Assembly (NCBI GenBank): GCA_030390025.1
Contig: CM059432.1
Coordinates: 47,990,001 to 48,054,000, forward strand
Direction of reading: 5' to 3'
From: Squalus acanthias
Taxonomy: Eukaryota
Length of the DNA stretch: 64,000 bases
The notes beneath the pieces were generated by a model that was not told the DNA's origin, ran no database searches, and saw only the letters and a program-made list of their open reading frames with translations. Shown one piece after another: positions 36,748-50,029 of the stretch (its first letter is position 1; each line of letters begins with the position of its first letter). The translations under genes were made by a program, and so were the position numbers.

Positions 36748-37700
36748 AGGGCTAGAAACTCATGGCCTTCACGTCACTCCATAGCACCATTGAATGGCGC
36801 TCTTTCGCCAGCTGCTGGTGGTTCCCGCGACAGCCTGCGTTTTCGTGCTTACCTTTGTGCTGCCGGTTAACCTGGCGTGCAAGCAGGCTGACGGTGGCGA
36901 TGTCTGCATATCTTAAAGGGACAAACACAATGTTTAGGTAAATTTGGATTTAAGGCTTTGGACAGGGTTTTTTGATTTTATTGAACTGGTGGCTTGCTGC
37001 AATAGACGAGAAAAGTTTTTTTTTAAGTATTTAGGGAGTCCTGCTGGATGCTTGCAAGGGCTTGGATGGTAAATGAAGGCCTTTGAGAAGACAGAACATA
37101 CTCAGCAGGTCATGCAACATCCGTGGAGAGAAAATCAGATTTCACGTCTCAGGTCGAGATGCTTCCTGATCAGCTGAGTATTTCCATGATTTTATGCTGT
37201 CATTTCACATTTACGGCATCCACTTGCAGAGGGAAGAGGAAAACACAGAAGAGAAGGAAGCCGCAGAGGAGGAAGCAGACGGAAGGATGCATCCCAGACA
37301 GCCCCTTTCAGGCCGGGATATCTGGGATGGAATCATCCGCCTGTGGTCCCAGTGACCACAAACCTAATTCCCCTTTCAACATTAGTCCCACACCTTACCT
37401 TCCCTCTGTTACTGACCATCACAACGTCCTCTTGGCCATGATGCTGAAATAAAAGCCACCACAAAGCAAACTTTCCAATCCACCTATATACGTTTATCCA
37501 TCCAAAGTGACATCAAGAAATCAACTCATCACCCTTATGCATTCTCTTAGTGAGTGTCTTGTGTGCCTTTGCCTATCCTACTGATGTCACGCAGTGCTAC
37601 CCCAATGCCTGCAGCATGGCTGGTGGAAGGCTGCTGACTTTGAGTGGGGAACACTGCAAATGTCCTTGCTGGTTGACCTTGAGGAGCTGGTGGCTGGGAG
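36748..37700 (+). mobile_element. Deleted Harbinger remnant (left end plus transposase/Myb 3' junction) with an inverted Penelope-like fragment at about 37095-37225
   Basis: 37230-37700 aligns to 3300-3725 of copy 1; TIR-like ggggctagaaa at 36748. Confidence 0.6.
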
Positions 37701-37728
37701 TGTCAAATCAATGTTCTTCTTCTTCTTA

Positions 37729-40700
37729 GAATCATAGAAGGTTACTGCACGGAAGGAGGCCATTTCGGCCCATCGTGTCGGCGCCGGCCAACAAAGAGCT
37801 ATCCAGCCTAATCCCACTTCCTAGCTCTTGCTCTGTAGCCCTGCAGGTTAGAGCATCCCAAAACACTCTCGAGGTCCCCACCATCACAGAAGCCAGTCTT
37901 CAGCCAATTCGATTCACTCCACGTGATATCAAGAAATGGCTGAGCGCACTGGATACAGCAAAGGTTATGGGCCCCGACAACATCCCGGCTATCGTGCTGA
38001 AGACTTGTGCTCCAGAACTAGCCATGCCTCTAGCCAAGCTGTTCCATTACAGCTACAACACTGGCATCTATCCGACAATGTGGAAAACTGCCCAGGTATG
38101 TCCTGTCCGCAAAATGCCGGACAAATCCAACCCAGCCAATTACCGCCCCATCAGTCTACTCTCAATCATCAGCAATAACCTGCTCACTGATGCCCAGTTT
38201 GGGTTCCGCCAAGACCACTCAGCTCCCGACCTCATTACAGCCTTGGTCCAAACATGGACAAAGGAGCTGAATTCCAGAGGTGAGGTGAGAGTGACTGCCC
38301 TTGACATCAAGGCAGCATTTGACCGAGTCTGGCATCAAGGAGCCCTCGTAAAACTGAAGTCAATGGGAATCAGAGGGAAAACGCTCCACTGGCTGGAGTC
38401 ATACCTAGCACAAAGGAAGATGGTTGTGGTGGTTGAAGGTCAATCATCACAGCCCCAGGACATCGCTGCAGGAGTTCCTCAGGGCAGTGTCCTCGGCCCA
38501 ACCATCCTCAGCTGCTTCATCAATGAACTTCCCTCCAACATAAGGTCAGAAATGGGGATGTTCGTTGATGACTGCACAGTGTTCAGCGCCATTCGCAACT
38601 CCACAGATAATGAAGCAGTCCATGCCCGCATGCAACAAGACCTGGACGACATTCAGGCTTGGGCTGATAAGTGGCAGGTAACATTCGCGCCACAGAAGTG
38701 CCAGGCAATGACTATCTCCAACAAGCGAGAGTCTAACCACCTCCCCTTGACATTCAATGGCATTACCATCGCCAAATCCCCCACTATCAACATCCTGGGG
38801 GTCACCATTAACCAGAAACTTAACTGGACCAGCCACATAAATACTGTGCCAACAAGAGCAGGTCAGAGGCTAGGTATTCTGCGGCAAGTGTCTCACCTCT
38901 TGACTCCCCAAAGCCTTTCCACCATCTACAAGGCACAAGTAAGGAGTGTGATGGAATACTCTCCACTTGCCTGGATGAGTGCAGCTCCAACAACACTCAA
39001 GAAGCTCGACACCATCCAGGACAAAGCAGCCCGCTTAATTGGCTCCCCATCCACCACATTAAACATTCACTCCCTCCACCACCAGCGTACCGTGGCTGCA
39101 GTGTGTACCATCTACCAGATGCACTGCAGCAACTCGCCAAGGCTTCTTCAGCAGCACCTCCCAAACTCGCGACCTCTACCACCTAGAAGGACAAGGGCAG
39201 CAGGCGCATGGGAACACCACCACCTCCAAGTTCCCCTCCAAGTCACACACCATCCTGACTTAGAAGTATATCACCGATCCTTCATCGTCGCTGGGTCAAA
39301 ATCCTGGAACTCCCTACCTAACAGCACTGTGGGAGTACCATCACCACACGGACTGCAGCGGTTCAAGAAGGCAGCTTACCACCACCTTCTCAAGGGCAAC
39401 TAGGGATGGGCAATTAATGCTGGCATTGCCAGCGATGCCCTAATCTCATAAACAAATTTTAAAAAAATGCACATCCAAGTACTGCTTAAATGTGGTTAGG
39501 ATTCCTGCCTCTACCACCCTTTCAGGCAGTGAGTTCCTGACCCCCACAACCCTCTGGGTGAAGAAATTTCCCCTCAAATCCCCTCTAAACCTTCCACCAA
39601 TTACTTTAAATCTGTGCCCCCTGGTTTTTGACCCCTCTGCTAAGGGAAATAGTTCCTCTGTATCCACTTTATCTATGCCCCTCATAATTTTATACACCTC
39701 AGTAAGGTCTCCCCTCAGCCTCCTCTGTTCCAAGGAAAACAGATCCAGTCTATCCAGTCTTTCCTCATAGCTAAGATTCTCAGCTCCCGGCAACATCCTT
39801 GTAAATCTCCTCTGTACCCTCTCTAGTGCAATCACATCTTTCCTGTAATGTGGTGACCAGAACTGCACGCAGTACTCTAGCTGAGGCCTAACTAGTGTTT
39901 TATACAGTTGAAGCATAACCCCCCTGCTCTTATATTCTATGCCACGGCTAATAAAGGCAAGCATTCCATATGCCTTCTTAACCACCTTATTTACCTGGCC
40001 TGCTACCTTCAGGGATCTGTGGACATGCACTCCAAGGTCCCTTTGTTCCTCTACCATTTAATGTGTATTCCCTTTTCTTGTTAGCCCTCCCCAAATGCAT
40101 TACCTCACGCTTCTCCGGATTGAATTCCATTTGCCACTGTTCTGCCCACCTGACCAATTTATTGATATCTTCCTGCAGTCTACAGCTTCCTTCTTCAGTA
40201 TCAACCACACAGCCGATTTTAGTATCATCTGCAAACTTCTTAATTATACCCCCTATATTCAAGTCTAGATCATTGACATATACCACAAAAAGCAAGGGAC
40301 CTAGTACTGAGCCCTGCGGAACCCCACTGGAAACAGCCTTCCAGTCACAAAAACACCCATCAACCATTACCCTCTGCTTCCTGTCTCCGAGCCAGTTTTG
40401 AATCCAACTTGACACTTTGCCCTGGATCCCATGGGCTTTTAACTTCATGACCAGTCTGCCATGTGGAACCTTATCAAAAGCCTTGCTAAAATCCATATAC
40501 ACTACATCAAACGTACTACCCTCATCTACCCTCCTTGTTAATTGCTCAAAAAATTCAATCAAGTTTGTCAGACACGACCTTCCCTTAACAAATCCGTGCT
40601 GACTATCCTTGATTAATCCGTGTCTTTCTAAATGAAGATTTATCCTGTCCTTCAGAATTCTTTCCAATAATTTTCCCACCACCGAGATTAGGCTGACTGG

Positions 40701-40973
40701 CCTGTAATTAGTCGGTCTATCCTTTTCTCCCTTTTTAAACAAGGGTACCACATCAGCAGTCCTCCAGTACTACACCTGAAGCCAGAGAGGATTGAAAAAT
40801 AATGGTCAGGGCCTCTGCTATTTACTCTTTTGCTTCGCTTAACAGCTTGGGATACATTTCATCCGGGCCTGGGGATTTATCCACTTTTAAAGTGGCTAAA
40901 CCCCTTAATACTTCCTCTCTCACTATGTTTATTTCATCTAATATTTCACACTCCTCCCCCCTGATAGCAATGT
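37729..40973 (-). mobile_element. CR1 LINE split by a LINE-B insertion
   Basis: 3' tail at 37729-37850 continues at about 39466 (tgcacatccaagtac). RT ORFs at 39446-40057 and 39987-40751. Confidence 0.9.
37860..39465 (+). mobile_element. LINE family B, 5'-truncated, RT reading frame still open
   Basis: Most of the 542-aa ORF 37775-39403: NYRPISLL, LDIKAAFDRVWHQG, PQGSVLGP, FVDD. The 3' tail hairpin follows the stop. Confidence 0.95.
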
Positions 40974-41369
40974 TGTGATATGTGCCTCATTTTGTTAACA
41001 TTTTGCTTCTGTTTGGGGGTTTCTCACTGGGGTCATTGGCAATGGCTATAAAGGATAGCCTTAGACCCGCCAGTAACAATCTGTTTATTTAAATAATGTA
41101 GGCAGCTTATATAATGAAGGCTTCATGTGCACTTCCCAGGTATTAGCATTTACTTAAATTATGGTGCTTCTGTAGTCAGACAAGACCTGAACATTAATTG
41201 AATTGAAGCCATTTCTACTCGTAGCAGTATTGCGATTGATGTGAGGAGCCCTGATAGTTATATGGGTACAATCTATTATGCCGTTGGCTCTTGTGATCCA
41301 TGCCACCAGGCAAAAAATATACGACCTGTCCAACCGATGCCTCTTTCCACAGGGAAAGTGTTGAAGGTA

Positions 41370-42025
41370 TCACCTCTTCTAAACATAGTGGCTGTCATTT
41401 GCTTAAGATTGAACCAGATTGTTTGCAATCTCAACATCCTAATTCACCCCAAGTTGAGCTTCCAACCCCATATCCTCTCCATTACAAAGGTCGAGTACTT
41501 CCACATCTATAACATTGTCCAGCTCTGCCCCTGCCTCAACACATATGTTGCTGAAGCTCTCATCCATGAATTTGTTATCTCCAGACTCAACTATTCCAAT
41601 GCCTTCCTGGCCAGCCTCTCATCCTCCACATTCCTTAATTTTCAGTTCATCCAAAGCTCTGCTGTCCATATCTATTGCGCACCAATAACCCATCACTCCT
41701 GTGCTCGCTGACCTACATTACCTGCCGATCCCCTGAGGCCTCATTTTTAAAATCTCATCCTTGTGTTTAAATTCCTTTGTGGTCCCACCCCTCCCCATCT
41801 CTGTAATCTTCTCCAGCCCTACAACCCACCAAGAACTCTGCATTCCTCCAACTCTGACCTCTTGTGCAATCCCCATTCTCTTAGCCCCACCTTAGCAAAC
41901 CTACACCCTGGAAGTGCCTTCCTAAATCGCTCCAACTCTCAACAGCATCCCACCCCCAACCCCACTCCCACCATCTCCTACTTTATGGCCCTCATTAAAA
42001 CTCATCTCATAACTTTTAGTCACCC
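41370..42025 (+). mobile_element. Old L2 3' fragment
   Basis: LIHEFVISRLNYSNAFLASL, LCNLLQPYNPPRTLHSS. Confidence 0.8.
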
Positions 42026-43128
42026 CTGCCGCCATTTTTATGCCAATGGGTTGTGTGCCTTGCCTGTGTCCTGCCTTGGAGAGTTGGGACACTAATTATA
42101 ATATTTAAATGTAACCGTTGCCGGCCGGGATTCCCAGGGCTCAGGAAACCCGGCAGCTAAATGGAGACGGGAGCAGCTGGCTGCAGAAAGTAAGTGCTTT
42201 TTAGAGCAGTCCTTGTGAGCCAAGAGGAGCAGGAGTGCTTCCCTCCGGCCCCTCAAGCAAATCTTCTCACTGCTGCGATCAGCCAACACACCCCCCTCCC
42301 CCAACCCCCAAATTTTTGGCTTGCGTGACCTGCTATCTGACGACCCCCTAAAGCCCCCAATCTCGAGCCTCCAGCCCCTTGATCTGCCGACCCACCTCCC
42401 CGCCCCCCCCCTCCACCAACAACCCCGATCTTTTCCTCCTGAGCTCCGACTCCCCATAATGAGATATGTAGAATAATAGCATAATGCTGTTACAGGACCT
42501 AACTCTGGAAATGATTCTTTTGACTTGCATTGTCTGAATGTGTCATTGGGTGGCGTACAGAAATGACAGTGCTAATTATTGCAAAGATAAGAATATTTAA
42601 AAATTAACAATGAATTCATAGTCAGAACACCGCAGCTTGTTTCAGAAATTCCATTTCGTGTTTCAAAGGCTTTTGGGAGGAGTGCCGAGTGTGACAGTAC
42701 CAACAGCCTGGCCAGTTCAGTTTCACAACATGACTGGAAGCCCCATACCGTCAACAGATCGGAATATACTGTCAGCTTACTTATTAACATGACATTAATG
42801 AGGGTGTCACAAAAATCAGAGCCAAAAAACCAAACTATTTATATTTCCAATTCGCCAAAGCTTCTGGAAGCTGGATATTTACAAGATATGATGAGGCTGC
42901 CTATCCACTTACATCCTCTTTGAATGTTGACTTACCATCTCATTCACTCCCCCTCAATCAGGAACTCAATCTAACACTCGCAAATAAATATTGACTCAGA
43001 CTTAATTGCAGGAACTATGTCAAGTAAATTAAGCAAGGCGGCACACCCAGAGCCTATAAAACTATAATAAAAACAGAAAATGCTGGAAATACTCAGCAGG
43101 TCAGGTAGCAACTGTGGAGCGAGAAACT

Positions 43129-44105
43129 GACGGAATTTTCCCAGTGCCAAGCGTGCGGGTTTGGGGAGCGGGTCGGCAGCTAAATTTGTGGAAATTGACA
43201 GCGCGTCGGGAACTCGACGACTTTCGCATTTAACTCGGGCGCGTTTGGAGGCACGCCACGGACCCGCTCGAGAGAGGCGGGCGACCTCATTCAAATACTT
43301 AAATGCTTGTTGCGAGACCCTTAAGAGGGTTTTAAATAGCAACTTTCAGGAGCACGGGATTCACGCACCTCGGGGACCTCGCCTGTGAAGGGGATGCAGA
43401 ATCTCAGTGGCCATTGTGCAAGTCCATTGATTGAGAGCTGGGAAAAACACATAAATGCTCCCACATTACACCTGACTCCATTTTGTGCAGAGATTTAGCT
43501 GTCAGCAGTTTGCAGGTCATTTCTTCAACCTTGGAAGCCACTCTCACCACGTGCTGGTTACTATCACAATATTGAGGGATTGACCCTCTGATCTCCACTT
43601 TACCTGCCATCTATTACATCAGCATGGGTGCATTACCTTGGACCTCAGAATTGGACCAAGATCAGCCCCAGCCCCAGCACCAACAGCACCAGCCAGACCA
43701 GCAGCAGCAGCCACAGCAACAGCCTTCTCAACGACCTGATGCTCCACAGGAGAGAGGGGGTCAGCACAGGGCTGCACTGTGCCGGAGACAATACCCCCAA
43801 CACAGGGTATACAGGCAGAGGATCAGCTTCCTGGACATTACTAAGCAGCAGTGCTTCATGAGGCTTCGACTATCGCGCCAGGTCTTCGCAGACATTTGTA
43901 GCTTGCTGGAACAAGACCTGCTGCCCAGAGGACCTGGTAGACACGTCTTACCAATGACTGTCAAAGTCACCACCACCCTCGACTTCCTCAGGCTCCTTCC
44001 AGGGGTCTGCAGCAGACATTTGCGGGATCTCACAGTTGGCCGCCCACATATGCATCCCCCAGGTGACCGATGCCATGTTTGACAAGTCAGCCAATTATAT
44101 CAACT
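43129..44105 (+). mobile_element. Harbinger left end with transposase N-terminus (43624-44082)
   Basis: TIR-like gacggaattttccc. MGALPW...RRQYPQHRVYRQRISFLDITKQQCFMRLRLSR...[13 protein letters not shown] with a Q-rich insert. Confidence 0.75.
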
Positions 44106-44188
44106 TTCTCTGCCTCTGTACTTGCTTAAAACCTGTTATATCTCTAACCTTTTCCAGTTCTGATGAAAGGTCATCGACCTGAAACATT

Positions 44189-45158
44189 GGCCGGAATTTT
44201 CTCTTGGTAGGCAGGTTGGGGGTGGGGGGCCTCCGAGGCGGGCAGGAAACCCAGGAGGCCGGGTTTCCCGCAGGCCCTGCCGACTTTAATAACATTTTGC
44301 ATGTGAGGCCTCGATTTCCGCCCACAGCCAGCCAGATTGAGAGGCTGCCTGGCTGCGGGCGGGTAGGCCTGCAGATGTGGAGAGGGAGCGAGGGGTCAGT
44401 CCGGGGAAGGGATCGTGGGGTGGGGGGAGGTGGTCGGGAATCGGCAATGGAGGATCGGAGATTGCGGGAGGAGGGGGGTCAGCAATCGGCAATTGAGGAT
44501 CAGGATTTGCAGGGGTGGGGTGGTTGGAATCTGCAATGGAGGATCAGGGATTGCAGGGAGGGGGGGGGGGGGGAGTCGCGTGGTCGACCGGGGGGTCAGC
44601 CGGAGCATCGGCAGGGGGTGGGTTGGGTCGGCCGGGGATCATCAGGGGGGAGAGCGAATCGAGGCCGGCCACCGAAGGCTTATGGCCGGCCTCAGCATCA
44701 TCGGTGGGGTGGGGAGTGGAGGCCTCATGATGGGGATCGGAGGCCTGGGATGGCGCTCGGAGGCCTCATGAGGGGGTCTCCAATCATGGGTGGTGGGTTA
44801 GGTAGAGTCCCTGGATCCAGGAGATAGGTGTAAAGCCACTTAACTCCTGGATGCAGCAGTCCCCGCCTCAGTTTAACTGCCGGGTTTCACGAACTGTGTG
44901 AAATTCGTCCACATGCAGTTAAATTCAAAATGGAGGTGAAAAAAGAGGCATCCAGCCTCATCATAATATTTAAATTGATGTATCGCCCCCTGGGAGCGGG
45001 TTGGTTCCCCCCCCCCACCGTTCTTGCCCCCGTCCCGCCTCTGTTAAAACCAGAAGTGGGCGGGTTGGAGGCGGGATCACGTCGGCAATTCCATTTTTAA
45101 CAATTTAAGTGCCCCCACCCTCCAAACCCACACATTTGTTTAGGGGAAAATTCCGGCC
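44189..45158. mobile_element. Harbinger-type MITE (970 bp)
   Basis: Perfect 13-bp TIR GGCCGGAATTTTC; 3-bp TSD ATT (44186-88, 45159-61). Confidence 0.92.
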
Positions 45159-46726
45159 ATTAACTCTGTTTCTCTCGCCACAGATGCTGCCTGACCTGCT
45201 GAGTATTTCCAGCATTTTCTGTTTTTATTTCTCATTCAGACTTAATTGCAGTAAATTTATAGAGCAAATTCAGCAATGCGGCACACCCAGAGCCTATAAA
45301 ACTATAACCTGAGTCACGAACCTGTGCTCCATCCAATGAGAAGCATTTCCTTGCTGAATTTGCTCAATAGAGAATACAGATTGTTGAACAAGAAGTAAGG
45401 ATATGTATATTTTACTGAACTGTCATCTGCTCCTAAATGTTAAAATGGAAATATCTTTTTTAATTATTTTAATCCTTTATGTTTGAGTCTAAGCAGTAAG
45501 TATTGACAGACTGTTTGATCTGGGGCAGCGAAAGAGGCGCATCATAGCCAAACCTGATCCTGTTCTTACCTGATGTCAATATACATGCATTCTCCACAAC
45601 AGCTTCGTGATCAGGAAGGGGATTCCTGGCTTTTTCTCCCTTCCCTAGTCCAGGGCATTCCAGATATATGAAAAGAAAGGCACCAAAAGATCATCATCAA
45701 TTAAGTCTCATCCATCCAATCGACGATGTAATCTTGCACACCACTTAACCACACCCAAGCATCACTGGTTTCTGGGAGAGGCATAGAAACAGCGCAAAAC
45801 AAACCGTAGCCAATTCAGGAAAAACTCTGTAAAATCCTCTCCTACTTCTTAAGACAATCTAGTTAGCTGCAGGAGATTGTGGATGTCAATAACTCATCAC
45901 AGTCAAAACTAACTGGGAATTTACCCCCTGTAAGTGGCAATGTCCGCTTCTCACAGGGATTTGTCAAGTTCCCCTTTAAATGATGTCACAATTCCTTACT
46001 CACCACGTATCTCAGGTTTTTGTTCCAGAGTGTGATGACTGAAAAGAAACACTTCCTGTCATTTAACTTGATTCTTTGCCAATGGATTTTATTGGCTGAA
46101 CCTCCAGTCTTAACATTTCAAATAACCAATCTGACTGAAGTGTATCCAATTCCTTTATCATTTAAAAAAAATTACAGCCAATTAAGTACTTTTTGAAGTG
46201 TAGTCACTGTTGTAATGTGGGAAATGCGGCAGCCAATTTGTGCACAGCAAGCTCCCACAAACAGCAACGTGATAATGACCAGATAATCTGTTTTAGTGAT
46301 GTTGATTGAGGGATAAATATTGGCCAGGACACCGGGGATAACTCCCCTGCTCTTCTTTGAAATAGTGCCATGGGATCTTTTACGTCCGCCTGAGAGAGTA
46401 GACGGGGCCTCGGTTTAACATTTCATCCGAAAGCCGGCACCTCCAACACTGAGAAATCAACTGTCAAAATAAAATTGTGCATGGTCCCTTTAAGGAAACC
46501 GGCAGATGACACGTCATCAAATGATATTATCAGACCCGCTTCCTGTTAATTGGCGGGCTTAACAAGGTCAATCAAGGGAAAATCACATCTGTGGAGCGGA
46601 GGCAGCTGGGGGTGGGACCGGAAACCAGCTGACCCGCACCCATCCTGAGACCGAACGCAAAATTGCGGTCATAGTCTGGGCTGGGACCCCAGATTATGCA
46701 TGTCCCACCTGATAGCCCGCCTATTG

Positions 46727-48538
46727 TATTTTATAAATACATTAAGAGCAAGAGGATAACTAAAGAAAGAGTAGGGCCTATTAGAGACCATGAAGATAAT
46801 CTATGTGTGGAAGCAGAAGATGTGGGTATGGTCCTTAATGAATACTTTGCGACTGTGTTCACAAAAGAGAGAGACGATGCAGACATTGCAATCCGGGAGG
46901 AGGAGTGTGAAATATTAGATGAAATAAACATAGTGAGAGAGGAAGTATTAAGGGGTTTAGCATCTTTGAAAGTGGATAAATCCCCAGATCCGGATGAAAT
47001 GTATCCCAGACTGTTAAGAGAAGTAAGAAAGGAAATAGCAGATGCTCTGAACATCATTTTCCAATCCTCTCTGGCTACAGGGGTGGTGCCGGAGGACTGG
47101 AGGACTGCTAACGTGGTACCGTTGTTCAAAAAGGAAAAAGGGATTGACTAGTAATTACAGGCCAGTCAACCTAACAAAAATTATTGGAAAAATTTCTGAG
47201 GGACAGGATAAATCTTCATTTAGAAAGACACGGATTAATCGAGGACAGTCAGCACGGATTTGTTAAGGGGAGGTCGTGTCTGACTAACTTGATTGAATTT
47301 TTTGAGGAGGTAACAAGGAGGGTCGATGAGGGTAGTGTGTTTGATGTAGTGTATATGGATTTTAGCAAGGCTTTTGATAAGGTCCCACATGGCAGACTGG
47401 TCACAAAAGTAAAAGCCCATGGGATACAAGGCAAAGTGGCAAGTTGGATCCAAATATGGCTTTTCAGTAGGAAGCAAAGGGTTATGGTTGATGGGTGTTT
47501 TGTGACTGAAAGGCTGTTTCCAATGGGGTTCCACAGGGCTCAGTACTAGGTCCCTTGCTTTTTGTGATATAGTTCAATGATTTAGATTTGAATGTAAGGG
47601 GCATGATTAAGAAGTTTGCAGCTGATACAAAAATTGGCCGTGCAGTGGATAATCAAGAAGAAAGCTGCAGACTGCAGGAAGATATCAATGGGCTGGTCAG
47701 GTGGGCAGAACTGTGGCAAATGGAATTCAATTCGGACAAGTGCAAGGTAATGCATTTGGGGAGGGCTAACAAGGCAATGGAATACACAATAAATGGTAGG
47801 ACACTGATAAGTGCAGAGGAAAAGAGGGACCTTGGAGTGCATGTCCACAGATCCCTGAAGGTAGCAGGACAGGTAGATAAGGTGGTTAAGAAGGCAAACG
47901 GGATACTTGTCTTTATTAGCTGAGGCATAGAATATAAGAGCAGGGAGGTTATGCTTGAACTGTATAAAACACTAGTTAGGCCGCAGCTAGAATACTGCGT
48001 GCAGTTCTGGTCACCACATTACAGGAAAGATGTGATTGCGCTAGAGAGGGTGCAGAGGAGATTTACGAGGATGTTGCCTGGACTGGAGAATTTTAGCTAT
48101 GAGGAAAGATTGGATAGGCTGGGGTTGTTTTCTTTGGAACAGAGGAGGCTAAGGGGAGACTTAATTGAGGTGTATAAAATTATGAGGGGCCTAGATAGAG
48201 AGGCTAGGAAGGACCTATTTCCCTTAGCAGAAGGGTCAATAACTAGGGAGCATAGATTTAAAGTAATTGGTAGGAGATTTAGAGGGGATTTGAGGAGAAC
48301 TTTTTTCACCCAGAGGGTGGTGGGGGTCTGGAACTCACTGCCTGAAAGGGTGGTAGAGGCAGAGACTCTCATCACATTTAAAAAGTACTTGGATATGCAC
48401 TTGAAGTGCTGTAACCTACAAGTATACGGACCAAGTGCTGGAAAGTGGGATTAGGGTGGACAGCTCTTTGTCGGCCGGCACAGACAAGATGGGCCGAATG
48501 GCCTCCTTCTGTGCTGTAAATTTCTATGATTTTATTCT
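46727..48538 (+). mobile_element. CR1 LINE, 5'-truncated
   Basis: ORFs 46696-47151, 47184-47549, 47588-47923 and 47951-48454 carry RT motifs; TTCTATGA tail. Confidence 0.95.
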
Positions 48539-48950
48539 ACACTCCTGGATGATTTACACCGGGAGTGCACCTCTGGTCCTGCAGAAATTCAGGGCTAACA
48601 AGTACATTCCCTAATTTTTTCTTCTACTGGATAAGACTGATTTGCATTGACTTTAACTACCATAGTTCTCACCATTTGCAAATATCACCGAGTCCTTCAA
48701 AGTAACGCCCTTAGCTCAATGGTAGCATACTAAGTCAGAAGGTCATGGGTTCAAGCCCTGGGCCAGGACTTGAGCACGCAATCTAGGCTGACACATCAGT
48801 GTAGCCACTGAGGGAATGCTGCACTGTTGGAGGGAAGCCTTGTCTGTCCTCTTGAGTATCTTTTATATATATGTATATTTGAACAGGAGAAATTTGCTAG
48901 CATTATTGGGGCACTAAAACAGATTATACTGCTAGAATTACATTTACTAT

Positions 48951-49613
48951 GGGCTGGATTTTGATACTGGGGCGGGTTGGGGTCGTGTCATCCACTTTTC
49001 GTGTTATCCACCCGACTGCAATTGGATGTGGGAGATTGATACAATTTTCATCTAATTGGGCAATTGAGTTCCAGCATGTGGGAACCCATGAACCAATTAG
49101 TGTTTTCAGTCTGAAAGTCGCCTTTGATGATGTCATCATTGCTGCTGCATTGAAGATCTGCAAAGACTGCCTGGCCTTTGCTATGAGAGGACCTGCAAAA
49201 TGAGCAGCAGCAGTCCTAAATCTGCTCCCAGATATTTTTACACCACCACTCCCAGATATGTCTTTCCTTCTTCCCTTCCCTTCCCTTTCCCTTCCCTTTC
49301 CCTTTCCTTTCCCTTCCCTTCCTTTCCTTTCCTCCAGGTTTCAGAATCGTGGTTCAGAACAGGCGTGCTTCATGTAGAACAAGGGTTAAAATCACAAAGG
49401 CCTTTCAAAATGGCAGTATAAAGGCAATTTAGTGCTTGTTAAGGACCTTAACAGCCTATCCCACCTCTTAGAGGCGGGATGGAGTCAAGACCAGCAGACA
49501 CGATTTAATGAAAATTGCGTGGAGGCGGACTTGTGCCCACCCGCCAGTTTTCGCAATTTTAACCCCCCACACGCCTCCAAACCAGCCTCCACGGGTCAAT
49601 GAAAATCCAGCCC
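48951..49613. mobile_element. Harbinger-type MITE with internal (CCCTT)n tract
   Basis: 12-bp TIR GGGCTGGATTTT; flanks TAT/TCT. Confidence 0.8.
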
Positions 49614-49624
49614 TCTGCAACTCT

Positions 49625-50029
49625 GTATATAGTGAGCAGTGTGCAACAGGGTATATAGTGGGCAGTGTGTGACAGGGTATATGGTGGACAGTGAGCGACA
49701 GGGTATATAGTGGGCAATGTGCGACAGGGTATATAGTGAGCAATGTGCGACAGGGTATATAGTGGGCAGTGTGCGACACGGTATATAGTGAGCAATGTGT
49801 GACAGGGTATATAGTGGGCAGTGTGCGACAGGGTATATAGTGGGCAATGTGCGACAGGGTATATAGTGAGCAATGTGCGACAGGGTATATAGTGGCCAGT
49901 GTGCGACACGGTATATAGTGAGCAATGTGTGACAGGGTATATAGTGGACAGTGTGTGACAGGGTATATAGTGAGCAATGTGTGACAGGGTATATAGTGGA
50001 CAGTGTGCAACAGGGTATATAGTGGACAG
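49625..50029. repeat. 26-bp minisatellite, about 15.6 copies
   Basis: Unit GTATATAGTGRGCARTGTGYGACAGG. Confidence 0.97.

Larger units (their letters stand above)
43068..45235. mobile_element. Penelope-like insertion with inverted termini, containing a Harbinger fragment and a MITE
   Basis: 43066-43128 is the reverse complement of about 45165-45228. A 72-bp direct repeat flanks it (42996-43067, 45236-45307). Hammerhead core at 44160. Confidence 0.7.

Noticed and set aside
42590..42923. Stop-free plus-strand stretch of about 108 codons
   Set aside because: No early ATG, no convincing splice sites and no recognisable motif.
44204..44827. 207-aa Gly/Arg-rich ORF
   Set aside because: Low-complexity G-rich interior of a MITE.
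49625..50029. CRISPR-like array
   Set aside because: The repeats are contiguous with no unique spacers, there are no cas genes, and the context is vertebrate.
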